DNA of 44,815 nt, taken from the NCBI GenBank assembly GCA_040900055.1, contig JBBDZU010000003.1, forward strand, positions 1-44,815, given 5' to 3'. The position numbers were made by a program, and so were the translations under genes. This stretch comes from Candidatus Saccharimonadales bacterium (lineage in GTDB: Bacteria; Patescibacteriota; Saccharimonadia; Saccharimonadales; UBA10212). The notes under the pieces were generated by a model, which was not told where the DNA came from, made no database searches, and saw nothing but the letters and a program-made list of their open reading frames with translations. Shown here piece by piece: positions 17,127-25,959 of the stretch. The stretch's first letter is position 1. Every line of letters begins with the position of its first letter.

Positions 17127-18887
17127 TTACAGGGTGCGAGTTTTGGTTTCTCGTGAGAATAGTTCGATGCGGTCGTTTTCGGCAACTTCTACGCGAGTCT
17201 CGGAACGAAAACTTAAGCCGCACATTTCGCCTTTTTGGACTTCTTTAACATCTTGCGGTCCACGCTTTAGGCTAATTACTTCTAAATTGTCAGCCATTAG
17301 CTCCTTGTCGCGGTAAACTCGCGCTTGCGCTGGCAAGCTCAACTTGCCTTTTGTTACTTCGCCGCCGCAAATCACTTCGGACTTGGTAATTTTAAAGATG
17401 CCTTTAACAACTAGCGTACCCAGACTTTCTTCTACTACTTCTGGAGCTAATAGAGATTCCATTTCTTTTTTAGCATCGTCAATTAACTCATAGATGACGG
17501 TATAAAGCCGCACCGGCACTTTGTCGCGGTGAGCCAGCTGCTTAACGTGGGTTGGCAGGCTTACGTGAAACCCGTAAATAACAGCGCCAGATGTAGCCGC
17601 GGTATGGACGTCACTTTCGTTAATGACTCCCACGCCGGAGCCCACCACTCTGACGGCTACTTCCTCGTTATCTAAGGTCTTCAAACTGTTAATTACTGAG
17701 GTTAAAGAGCCTTGAACATCAGCTTTAACAATAATATTAAACTCGCTTAAGTCTGTCGATCGGCTCATAGCCCTAAGTAGCTCGCTGCCGGTAGTTGCCG
17801 TAGTCGAGCTGCCAGAATCTTGGCGCAGAGAGCCAATTTGGCTAGCTCGTTCTTTAGCTTCCTTCTCGGATTTAGCGGAATCAAACTCATCCCCAAATTC
17901 TGGCAAAGACTTTAAGCCGGTAATAATAACTGGGGTAGATGGCCCGGCTGTTTTCAGAGGCTTGCCGCCTGGGGCTTCCATATTGCGGATTTTGCCGTAG
18001 GTAGCCCCTACTGCCAAATAGTCGCCGGCAGTTAATGTGCCCTGTTCCACCAAGGCAATAGCCACCGGGCCACGGCCTTTTTCCATGTGCGACTCAATTA
18101 CTAGACCGGCTGCCGGGCCCTCGGCGTCGGCCTTGAGCTCTTCAACATCAGCGACTAGTAGCACCATATCTAGAAGTTCATTTATGCCCTCTTTGGTCTT
18201 AGCCGATACGGGTAATACAATGGTGTCGCCACCGTAATCTTCAGGGAGTAGTTCTATCTCTGATAATTGCTGTTTTAAACGATTAATATCCGCGCCGGGT
18301 TTATCCATTTTGTTGGCTGCCACAATTATTTTTACGCCAGCTTGCTTAGCAAAACGCACCGCTTCTACGGTTTGTGGCTTAACACCGTCATCGGCAGCCA
18401 CCACTATAACCACCAAGTCTGTTAGTCGGGCGCCGTGTTCACGCAATGCCGCAAAGGCTTCGTGGCCTGGCGTATCTAAAAAGGTTAAAAGCCGGCTATT
18501 ATGCTCAACTTGATAAGCGGACAAGTGCTGGGTAATGCCGCCGGACTCGCCTTTTACGATATCGGCACCGCGGATAGCGTCAAGCAGACTGGTTTTACCA
18601 TGGTCAACATGCCCCATCATGGCCACTACCGGTGGACGTGTTTTAGCATTTTTAGACACCTCCCTTTTAGCACGTGCCGGTGTGGCCGAGTGGTCTTTTT
18701 TGACTAGTTCATCCTCAAGACCCAGCTCGCCCACTACAATTTGAGCCGTATCAAAGTCTATCTTCTCGTTAACGGTAGCCATCACCCCGTTTTTAAAAAG
18801 TTCAGCTATTAGTTTAGAGACCGGAATTGATAGGCGCTCGGCCAAGTCGCCAACAGTGACAGTCTCGTCAATTTCGTACTTGGCCAT
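17127..18887 (-). CDS. infB: Translation initiation factor IF-2
   Basis: 586 aa. G-domain motifs [14 protein letters not shown] and NKMD, plus the IF-2 C-terminal beta-barrels. Confidence 0.95.
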   Translation of the reverse strand: MAKYEIDETVTVGDLAERLSIPVSKLIAELFKNGVMATVNEKIDFDTAQIVVGELGLEDELVKKDHSATPARAKREVSKNAKTRPPVVAMMGHVDHGKTSLLDAIRGADIVKGESGGITQHLSAYQVEHNSRLLTFLDTPGHEAFAALREHGARLTDLVVIVVAADDGVKPQTVEAVRFAKQAGVKIIVAANKMDKPGADINRLKQQLSEIELLPEDYGGDTIVLPVSAKTKEGINELLDMVLLVADVEELKADAEGPAAGLVIESHMEKGRGPVAIALVEQGTLTAGDYLAVGATYGKIRNMEAPGGKPLKTAGPSTPVIITGLKSLPEFGDEFDSAKSEKEAKERASQIGSLRQDSGSSTTATTGSELLRAMSRSTDLSEFNIIVKADVQGSLTSVINSLKTLDNEEVAVRVVGSGVGVINESDVHTAATSGAVIYGFHVSLPTHVKQLAHRDKVPVRLYTVIYELIDDAKKEMESLLAPEVVEESLGTLVVKGIFKITKSEVICGGEVTKGKLSLPAQARVYRDKELMADNLEVISLKRGPQDVKEVQKGEMCGLSFRSETRVEVAENDRIELFSRETKTRTL

Positions 18888-18890
18888 GAT

Positions 18891-20066
18891 TTACTCCTTT
18901 GGGTCGTCATTTTTAGCAAGCTTGGGCTTGTCTTTGGTCTGGACCTTAGCTTTGGGTTTGGGCTCGGCCTTAGCCTTAGATTTAGCTTTAGCCTTGGGCA
19001 CAACATCCTTGAGGCTTAGGGCTATCTTGCGATTTTCGGTATCAATGTCTATAACTTTGAACTTTTTACGCTCGTTTAGCTTAAAAATCTCTTCTGGGTC
19101 AATGCTCTCGTCGTCACTCATCTCGGACACATGGACTAGGGCCTCTACAGACGGGCTAAGTTGAACAAATGCTCCAAATGGCGTAATACGGGTAATTTTG
19201 CCCTCGGTAACGTCGCCTTTTTTAAATTCTTTGACCTCCGACAACCAAGGATCGTCGGCCATTTGCTTAATCGATAGGCTCAATCGGTCTTTATCAATAG
19301 CAATGATTTTGGCTTTAATCTTTTCGCCCATTTTAACGTACTTGCCGGGGTCCTCGACTCTCTCCCAGGATATTTCCGAGATGTGCACCAGCCCTTCAAT
19401 GCCGTCAACATTCACAAAGGCGCCAAAATCTATGACTCCGGTAACTACGCCCTCAACAATATCGCCGATTTTTAACTTGGTAAGACGTGATTGCATATCG
19501 TCACGGATCGCTTCTTTTTCAGAAAAAATTAATTTATTATCCTTGCGGCTCACGTCTAAGATGCGTACTCTAAGCGGCTTGCCGACCAATGCACCTAGTT
19601 TGGTTAAGATTTCGTCTTTATCGGAGTCAGATACCCTGGGGTAATGTTCGGCAGCCAGTTGGCTAACTGGCAAAAATCCGCGAATACCTTCAAGTTCTAT
19701 CAGTAAGCCGCCCCGGTTGGCGTCATGGGCGCTAACCTCAATGATTTCTTGTTCCTCAGACAGTCTTTGCAGTTCGCCCCAACCGCGGTCTTTGGCCGCC
19801 CGTCTCATGGAAAGTAAGGCGTAGCCTTCGTCCAGCTCTGGATCAACAATACTAGCGGTAATTTTTTCGCCTTCTTTTAGTTCACCCTGGCCTACTTCGC
19901 GGCGGTAAATTACGCCGACGCCATTTGGTCCCAAATCTAACCAAACTTCATGTTTTCGGACAGAAGTTATTGTGCCTTCTACAACATCTCCGGCTTTAAG
20001 ATGCTGGGTTTTACTGCTAGCTAGCAGTTCGTCCATGGTAAGGCTTTTAGAGACTGTTTTAGGCAT
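18891..20066 (-). CDS. rpsA: 30S ribosomal protein S1 (four S1 domains)
   Basis: Repeated S1 OB-fold pattern (G-x-V-x-G-x-V...GAFV). The ATG at 20066 (MPKTVSK) has AAGGGAG 8 nt upstream. The track's GTG at 20093 is just the longest ORF. Lys/Ala/Pro-rich tail. Confidence 0.9.
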   Translation of the reverse strand: MPKTVSKSLTMDELLASSKTQHLKAGDVVEGTITSVRKHEVWLDLGPNGVGVIYRREVGQGELKEGEKITASIVDPELDEGYALLSMRRAAKDRGWGELQRLSEEQEIIEVSAHDANRGGLLIELEGIRGFLPVSQLAAEHYPRVSDSDKDEILTKLGALVGKPLRVRILDVSRKDNKLIFSEKEAIRDDMQSRLTKLKIGDIVEGVVTGVIDFGAFVNVDGIEGLVHISEISWERVEDPGKYVKMGEKIKAKIIAIDKDRLSLSIKQMADDPWLSEVKEFKKGDVTEGKITRITPFGAFVQLSPSVEALVHVSEMSDDESIDPEEIFKLNERKKFKVIDIDTENRKIALSLKDVVPKAKAKSKAKAEPKPKAKVQTKDKPKLAKNDDPKE

Positions 20067-20278
20067 GAAGAAGTTACTCCCTTTCAACACCACAAGTGGC
20101 GATAGATGTATTTCCGCTAAATATTCTTAAAGTTAATAAAGCAGATTATCCTAATTGTAAGGTGTTATTTATCTTTTGTAAAGATAAGTAGCCGGTAGCT
20201 TTTAGCTGGTAGCTATTTGCCGCTGCTATCTGCTACTTGGCTAATGACTAACAGCTGCCAAGTTGGTAGACTTGGCAT

Positions 20279-21094
20279 ATGTATCTGGCTGTAGATGTTG
20301 GGGGGAGCAAGACCTTATTAGCCCTTTTTACTCAAGATGGAAAAATTGTAAATAAGCTAAGAATTATCACTAACCCCAACTACCAGGGATTTATCAAGGA
20401 GATAGCTGAGTCAATTGAGATCTTGAAAGATGCAAAAAGTCTATCGGCGGCCGCTATAGCTATCCCGGGCCTAGTTGACAGGTCTCGTGGTATTGGCAAA
20501 AGCTTTGGCAACCTCCCATGGCATAACGCTCCAGTAAAAAAAGACATCGGCATGCTTGTCGGCCACGTTCCTGTTTTGGTAGAAAACGACTCGAACCTAG
20601 CTGGTTTGAGCGAGGCGCTGCTAGTTCATTATAAGTATAAAAAGGTCGTTTATCTAACCGTTGGCACAGGAATTGGCGGTGGAATTATCATAAATGGTAA
20701 GATTGATGCCGATTTTTTAGACAGCGAACCCGGCCAAATGATCCTAAACTATAAGGGGAAGCTTAAAAAATGGGAGGACTTCGCTTCAGGTCGGGCATTT
20801 AAAACCCGTTACGGTAAAAGGGCCAGCGAAGTTACCGACCAAGCTATATGGCAGGAGTTCTCTCAAGCGTTGGCTTTAGGCTTAAATGAGCTTATTGCTA
20901 CCCTAACGCCGGATGTGGTAATTATCGGGGGTGGCGTTGGCACGTACTTTAACAAATTTGGCCATTTTCTCATCCAAGAGCTGAAGAAATTTGAATCCGA
21001 TATGATTAAAATACCGCCAATTACTAAAGCTAAACGGCCCGAGGAGGCAGTTTTATATGGTTGCTATGACTTCATCCGCCAAAATCTCGCCTAA
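20279..21094 (+). CDS. ROK-family sugar kinase (glucokinase-like)
   Basis: 271 aa. Motifs DVGGSKT, ENDSNLAGLSE and GTGIGGGII. Lacks the ROK zinc cysteine motif. Confidence 0.75.
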   Translation: MYLAVDVGGSKTLLALFTQDGKIVNKLRIITNPNYQGFIKEIAESIEILKDAKSLSAAAIAIPGLVDRSRGIGKSFGNLPWHNAPVKKDIGMLVGHVPVLVENDSNLAGLSEALLVHYKYKKVVYLTVGTGIGGGIIINGKIDADFLDSEPGQMILNYKGKLKKWEDFASGRAFKTRYGKRASEVTDQAIWQEFSQALALGLNELIATLTPDVVIIGGGVGTYFNKFGHFLIQELKKFESDMIKIPPITKAKRPEEAVLYGCYDFIRQNLA

Positions 21095-21584
21095 AGCCCA
21101 ATCGGCCCAAGGTTTAACCTCTCCGGCGGCCTTAATTGCGCGGCTTATGAAGGATTTCCCGAATGCTAACTTCAAGGTTGGCCCACGGGATTATTGGTCG
21201 CCTAAAAATCAAACTATCACTTATAACCCTAGCCAACCCTGGAAAAAATTTTATTATGGGGTTTTGCATGAACTAGCTCATGCCCTGCTCGATCATTCGA
21301 CCTATAAGAGTGATTTTGAACTGCTTAAACTAGAGAGCGATAGTTGGGATTTGGCTCTCAAAATGGGCAAGAAGTACAGCTTGCCTATCAGCCCCGACCA
21401 CATTCAAAACTGTTTAGACACCTACCGCGATTGGCTAGATAGACGCAGCACTTGTCCAAACTGTGGCACCCACGCGACCCAAAAAGACTCCAGGCGCTAC
21501 CACTGTTTCAATTGTCGAACCGTTTGGCAAGTAAGTAATCGCCGGTTTGCCCGTCCCTACCGACGCATGATTACCAGTTTGTAG
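21057..21584 (+). CDS. HExxH metallopeptidase-like protein (ImmA/IrrE-like) with C-terminal zinc ribbon
   Basis: 175 aa. HELAHALLDH motif and CPNCGTHATQKDSRRYHCFNCRTVW. The start is uncertain because the ORF overlaps the ROK gene by 38 nt. Confidence 0.5.
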   Translation: MVAMTSSAKISPKAQSAQGLTSPAALIARLMKDFPNANFKVGPRDYWSPKNQTITYNPSQPWKKFYYGVLHELAHALLDHSTYKSDFELLKLESDSWDLALKMGKKYSLPISPDHIQNCLDTYRDWLDRRSTCPNCGTHATQKDSRRYHCFNCRTVWQVSNRRFARPYRRMITSL

Positions 21585-21605
21585 TTGGTAGTTTGTAGTT
21601 TATAG
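21576..21605. repeat. Heptad repeat AGTTTG TAGTTGG TAGTTTG TAGTTTA TAG (site 3 of 4); left arm of the inverted repeat around the four-helix-bundle gene
   Basis: Direct reading. About 25/30 complementary to 21972..22007. Confidence 0.65.
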
Positions 21606-21613
21606 TGACGGAC

Positions 21614-21975
21614 ATGGCCATAGGCTCATTTAGAGACCTTACAGTGTGGCAAAAATCCATGGATCTGGTTATAGGTGTCTATAAAGTGACAGCTCAACTA
21701 CCCAAGGCCGAAAACTTTGGTCTGGCTAGCCAAATCCAACGAGCCAGCGTATCGATACCCTCTAATATCGCCGAAGGCAGTAAGCGTAGTAGCAGAGCCG
21801 ACTTTAGGCAGTTTTGCATGATGGCGATGGGCTCAGCGGCCGAGCTGGAAACCCAGCTGCTACTAGTAAAAGACTGTACCCCGACCTGGCCGTTGACGTT
21901 GTTTTGGAAGAATTAACTGAAATCCAAAAAATGCTCAGTAGTTTGATTAAAGGCTTGGGCTCTCCTCGTAGCTAA
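21614..21975 (+). pseudogene. Four-helix-bundle protein ('23S rRNA intervening sequence protein' family) with an apparent 1-nt frameshift
   Basis: FRDLTVWQKSMDLVIGVYKVT...IQRASVSIPSNIAEGSKRSSRADFRQF...GSAAELETQLLLVKD is characteristic of the family. Near 21875 the frame breaks. The +2 frame continues with the expected C-terminus YPDLAVDVVLEELTEIQKMLSSLIKGLGSPRS* and ends at 21975. This could also be a sequencing error. Confidence 0.7.
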
Positions 21976-22007
21976 ACTACCCACTACAAACTAAAAACTA
22001 CAAACTA
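21972..22007. repeat. Heptad repeat in inverted orientation (site 4 of 4); right arm of the inverted repeat
   Basis: The reverse complement reads TAGTTTG TAGTTTT TAGTTTG TAGTGGG TAGTTTA. Confidence 0.65.
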
Positions 22008-22184
22008 TTGAAAAGCTTAAGCACTTTGATGTATTAATAACTACGTCTTACTGCTTGAGCCTATTGACACAAGAATTATAAAATGATAGCATTACCATAG
22101 TTTCGCGAAAAATCAAAAAAGGGCTATATGTCCCTTTTTTTATCGCGAAGAAATGTGGGAGCATTAACTACAAGGGAGGCTATT

Positions 22185-22382
22185 ATGGCTGGAACTCCAA
22201 CTGGCGGCGCAAAAGCCGCAGCCACTAACAAGCAAAAGTACGGCAAAGATTTTTACGCTCGAATTGGTTCTATGGGCGGTAAACTAGGTCGCACCGGCGG
22301 TTTCTACGCTAACCGTGAGCTAGCTCGTCAAGCTGGCCAGTTAGGCGGACGTCTTAGTCGTCGAACTAAAAAAGTAGCTTAA
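22185..22382 (+). CDS. Small basic KGG-repeat / general-stress-like protein
   Basis: ATG at 22185 is preceded by AAGGGAGG. GGFYANRELARQAGQLGG and SMGGKLGRTGG resemble the KGG stress-protein repeat. Confidence 0.55.
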   Translation: MAGTPTGGAKAAATNKQKYGKDFYARIGSMGGKLGRTGGFYANRELARQAGQLGGRLSRRTKKVA

Positions 22383-22399
22383 AAGTTACTTAATTATAG

Positions 22400-22429
22400 A
22401 AAAGATCCGATTTATTCGGGTCTTTTTTA
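22400..22429 (+). terminator. Rho-independent terminator after the KGG-like gene
   Basis: 11-bp stem aaaagatccga/tcgggtctttt (one G-U pair), loop tttat, followed by a T-run. Confidence 0.65.
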
Positions 22430-22460
22430 TATTTTACGGTCTTAGTTTTTTAAATAGGGT

Positions 22461-22780
22461 TTAGACCTGCAATCGGGCAGCAATTGCAAATTGTAGAAAA
22501 TACCGTTCTAAATCATCAGGCGTAGACTTATATTGGTTGTCGCCAAATACAAAATCACAAAAAATCTCTTTTGATCTGGCTATTTCGGTGCCGAGGCCAT
22601 ACCAACGCTTGTCTGCTAGGGTCAGCTCAAACAGCTCAAGCGCTCTGTTTGCAGCTGCCACTTATCAGTTTCGTCTTTTGCATTTAGTGTCCGGCCTACT
22701 TCGCTGCCAATATTCCCCATTTGTTCAACCAAGCTTAATTCTTGCCACCTTCCAGCAACTAATGACTTATGCCGGGGCAT
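22461..22780 (-). CDS. Hypothetical protein split into two overlapping frames (52-aa ORF 22622..22780 plus 66-aa ORF 22461..22661)
   Basis: ATG at 22780 lies 1 nt after the stop of the upstream gene and gives MPRHKSLVAGRWQELSLVEQMGNIGSEVGRTLNAKDETDKWQLQTERLSCLS*. The track ORF (GTG 22661) continues in another frame: AAANRALELFELTLADKRWYGLGTEIARSKEIF... Confidence 0.4.
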
Positions 22781-22781
22781 A

Positions 22782-23087
22782 TCAATACTTAAGCTTTACG
22801 CCGGTTTTTTCAGCAATCTGCATGAGCCAGCGCTCGTAGCGTGCGAGTTGTGCATCTCGGGCTGCGTTGTCGGCCTCAATATTGCCCAGTCTCCTTAAAA
22901 ATTTATCTAGCGTTTTAACCAGCCAATCATACTTATTATTTAGCTCGGCTATACCTGCTTCGATTTTATTAAACCTGTCATCTACTCGTTGAGAGAAGTC
23001 TTGAATAACAACAGACAAATCATCAACCGCTCGGTCAACGATTTGTTGGACGTCCTTTTTGGTTGCGAACTCCGCCATTAAACTCAT
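22782..23087 (-). CDS. Coiled-coil hypothetical protein
   Basis: 101 aa with heptad-like charged/hydrophobic periodicity. No recognisable motif. Confidence 0.55.
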   Translation of the reverse strand: MSLMAEFATKKDVQQIVDRAVDDLSVVIQDFSQRVDDRFNKIEAGIAELNNKYDWLVKTLDKFLRRLGNIEADNAARDAQLARYERWLMQIAEKTGVKLKY

Positions 23088-23211
23088 TATACCATTTTTA
23101 TTCGCACCATTTAGATACTTCTACTTAAGCGATTAACAACTACAGACACGTGTTTGTCTATTTGTCCATATATGCATAGAGTAGTCAATACCTATGCAAT
23201 AACACCGATAA

Positions 23212-23226
23212 ACCCTCCCAATTTTA
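23212..23226. repeat. Left arm of a perfect 15-bp inverted repeat flanking the GIY-YIG gene
   Basis: accctcccaatttta is the exact reverse complement of 23499..23513. Confidence 0.85.
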
Positions 23227-23249
23227 CATTTTGATGATAACATTAAATA

Positions 23250-23501
23250 ATGTTCTACGTTTACCTCCTACAGAGTCAATCGAACCCAAAAAAATTATAC
23301 GTAGGCTACACTTCTTTTCTTGAAGACCGGTTGACACAACACAACACGGCCGAGAAAGGGTTCACTGCTAGATTTCAGCCGTGGAAGATTATTTACTACG
23401 AGGCTTACCTAAATCGAGCGGATGCTATTGAGCGCGAAAAGCAGTTCAAGATCCACGGGAACGTCATGGTTCGGCTGAAATCAAGACTGCACTTGACCTA
23501 A
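23250..23501 (+). CDS. GIY-YIG nuclease superfamily protein (stand-alone, UPF0213-like)
   Basis: 83 aa. FYVYLLQS...KLYVGYTSFLEDRLTQHN...REKQFK is the classic GIY...YVG...R...N/E pattern. Confidence 0.8.
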   Translation: MFYVYLLQSQSNPKKLYVGYTSFLEDRLTQHNTAEKGFTARFQPWKIIYYEAYLNRADAIEREKQFKIHGNVMVRLKSRLHLT

Positions 23502-23513
23502 AATTGGGAGGGT
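23499..23513. repeat. Right arm of the perfect 15-bp inverted repeat (overlaps the GIY-YIG stop codon)
   Basis: taaaattgggagggt. Confidence 0.85.
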
Positions 23514-23553
23514 CTACTTTTGCAAATTGAGGTTTGAGCAGATCTAAAACACT

Positions 23554-24009
23554 CTACTGGTCGGTTTGACCGCTGCTTGTGCCGCTGCCGATATTTAGAG
23601 GGGCTATGTTAATGACCTTATCAATTGCTGGGCGGTAAAGAACAGCCAAACGAGCCTGGGTGTAGATTAAAACTTTGTCGCCGTTTTCTGCCTTAGCAAA
23701 GAATGTCTGGCTCTTTAGTTTAGAGACGTCGCTAACGGTCGCCAAAGTTGGCGTCTCGTTAGCCGGCAAAGCTACCAGCTTGCTAACTTTTGCCACTGTT
23801 TGGTCCACGGCGGCACGGGCGGCTGCCTGGGGGTCGCTGGCTAATCTGTCGGCCTCATTTTGGGCTTGCACCCATTTAACGGCAAAGAAGACCGCCAAAA
23901 CGACAATTATTAACGTGGCAAGTGACGCCCACAGGCGGCGGCGAGTCATCCGCCCGTTTTTATCAGTCATCGGGTTCCAGTTGTTAAATCTATTGATATC
24001 TGCGCTCAA
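23554..24009 (-). CDS. N-terminally membrane-anchored hypothetical protein (last gene of the surface cluster)
   Basis: 151 aa. RRRLWASLATLIIVVLAVFFAVKWV is a single TM helix; a small extracytoplasmic domain follows. Confidence 0.55.
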   Translation of the reverse strand: MSADINRFNNWNPMTDKNGRMTRRRLWASLATLIIVVLAVFFAVKWVQAQNEADRLASDPQAAARAAVDQTVAKVSKLVALPANETPTLATVSDVSKLKSQTFFAKAENGDKVLIYTQARLAVLYRPAIDKVINIAPLNIGSGTSSGQTDQ

Positions 24010-24073
24010 TTTAGTCCTCCTTTATTTGCTTCAGTTACGCTTAAGTTTAACCAATTACTATTACTGACGCAAG

Positions 24074-24712
24074 CTATTGATTACGAGGATAGAGCCGGAT
24101 GGTAGCAAAGTTAAAGCCGTCAGATTCTAGCCACAAATTACCCTCGTTGGCCGGGTCAAAAAGATCAATTACTTGGCGGTTTGCTAAACCAATGGGGGCC
24201 GTTTGAGTCTTAAGCAAAGCCGGGCTGACATCACTCATAGTATTTTGATTATTAACTCTTATAAAAGTGCCTGTTGGGCAATAAGCCACGTATTCGGTGT
24301 CCCGCTGGCAATTGCGCAGTAATAGCTCTTTGCCATCATCGCCCTGGTATCTTACATAAACGTCGTATGTTCCGGCGGGCACAGACAACACCCGCCCAAC
24401 GCCATCAACAGAAAAACTGTTGGCCTTTTTCGCAAATACCTTTTGATTAGCCGCTTTAAGCTGAACCTGACGCGGGCCAACGTCATTTAACGATTGTCCT
24501 TGCACCAACCCCGCTTCAAAATAAGATCCTGCCAGTTTATTTCCAGCTTTGCTGGAAAAACTAACACCGTTTGAATTTGAATTATCTAGTAGCGAATTAC
24601 TTTTTAAACTAAAACCGCTCAGCGCCGCTGTGCCGCTGATTGCTGTACCCAGCACTACTCCCAGAACAATCAAACCGCGGCGGGAAGACAGCTTCCGTCG
24701 CCTGGGGAGCAT
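24074..24712 (-). CDS. Secreted or membrane-anchored hypothetical protein
   Basis: 212 aa. Basic N-terminus plus hydrophobic segment (RRGLIVLGVVLGTAISGTAAL). Start is 4 nt from the stop of the upstream gene. Confidence 0.55.
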   Translation of the reverse strand: MLPRRRKLSSRRGLIVLGVVLGTAISGTAALSGFSLKSNSLLDNSNSNGVSFSSKAGNKLAGSYFEAGLVQGQSLNDVGPRQVQLKAANQKVFAKKANSFSVDGVGRVLSVPAGTYDVYVRYQGDDGKELLLRNCQRDTEYVAYCPTGTFIRVNNQNTMSDVSPALLKTQTAPIGLANRQVIDLFDPANEGNLWLESDGFNFATIRLYPRNQ

Positions 24713-24715
24713 AGA

Positions 24716-25924
24716 TCAGGAGTCGCCTTTAGCGAAGTAGATGTCGGTACCGGTCTCGGTCGGGTTAGTTTGTTCCCAAACAATGTAAAACCGGTTGCCT
24801 ACATGTACTAAAGCCGGCTCGCGCGCATTACGCGCCGGCCCGCCTATTGGGTCCGGACGATTCCACCTAGAGCCGCCGTTTTTAGACTCTACGGAGAAAT
24901 TCTGATTAAACTGAGTACCGCCGCTAAAAGATTCTTCACTCCAAGCCAGCGAAACTTGCCCGCCCTTAGGGGCAGACAGCGTCGGCCCGGAAGAAATAGT
25001 GGCAGGGTCGGCAGAACGATTTGCAACCAGCTCAAAACTGGCTCCGGCATTTAGCGAGCGTCGCCAAAAAATGTCGCCGCCGGAAGCATAACGGGTTTCC
25101 CACGCTACATGCACTCGGCCGCCGCCGTCAATAACAGCTGTTGGCTCTATTTCTACATCTGTAGAAGTTGTCATCCGCTGGGCGGGGCTAAAGGTGGCCC
25201 CACCATCCGCAGAACGGGAATAATAAATCCTGGAACTGCCCTGCCAAGCGATATGGATGGCGCTGGTGTTAGCCACAACCACCGGATTAGTGTCAAACCG
25301 AGTCTGGTTAGAGATATTCTTAGGTGTCTCAAAGCTACTGCCGGCATCATTGGATTTGGCATAATAAATTTCGCAGTTTGAGGGGCATTCAGTCCAGGCT
25401 ACATGCAATCTGTTACCGCCCAGGTCTTCCTCTACATATATATTGGCGGCAAAAGAACTGGCGGCACTGTTGCTAACATTGGTCACTGCCGACCAGTTAA
25501 GCCCATCGTCAACCGAGCGAGCGTACATTATGTCCACTTGGCTGCCAAACTCATGCCAAGCCACATGCACTTGATTGCTTTTGTCGGATGCCACCGAGAT
25601 AGAAGGTTCTAAAGAAGTTACTCCCGGGCTATTAGAAATGTTTACTGGTGCCGAAAAGGTTACTCCATTATCGGTTGATCTGACATAGTAAATTTCTCTG
25701 TCTGTCTCGCTGCCCGAGCCGTCGTATAAAGTGGCCGCCCAAACTACATGCACCAAATTGTCACCCGCCACGGCTATTGCCGGGTTGTGGCCTTCTATCA
25801 AATCGCCCGAAATTTTAAGCGGTGGTGCAAAGGTTGCCGCCAGCGCCGTGCCAGGAAAAGCCAAAATCAACATTGCAGCAACTAGTGTGTATACGGCCCT
25901 AAAGAAAGTTGGCATAAGCGTCAT
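24716..25924 (-). CDS. Secreted BNR/Asp-box repeat protein (sialidase-like six-bladed beta-propeller)
   Basis: Signal peptide MTLMPTFFRAVYTLVAAMLILAFPGTALA. Four canonical Asp-boxes (STDNGVTF, SVDDGLNW, SNDAGSSF, SADGGATF) and two degenerate ones (SLNAGASF, SKNGGSRW). Each blade carries an (V/L/I)H(V/I)AW strand. Confidence 0.75.
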   Translation of the reverse strand: MTLMPTFFRAVYTLVAAMLILAFPGTALAATFAPPLKISGDLIEGHNPAIAVAGDNLVHVVWAATLYDGSGSETDREIYYVRSTDNGVTFSAPVNISNSPGVTSLEPSISVASDKSNQVHVAWHEFGSQVDIMYARSVDDGLNWSAVTNVSNSAASSFAANIYVEEDLGGNRLHVAWTECPSNCEIYYAKSNDAGSSFETPKNISNQTRFDTNPVVVANTSAIHIAWQGSSRIYYSRSADGGATFSPAQRMTTSTDVEIEPTAVIDGGGRVHVAWETRYASGGDIFWRRSLNAGASFELVANRSADPATISSGPTLSAPKGGQVSLAWSEESFSGGTQFNQNFSVESKNGGSRWNRPDPIGGPARNAREPALVHVGNRFYIVWEQTNPTETGTDIYFAKGDS

Positions 25925-25959
25925 TATATAACTGCAAAATATTAATAAGCAATAGCAGA

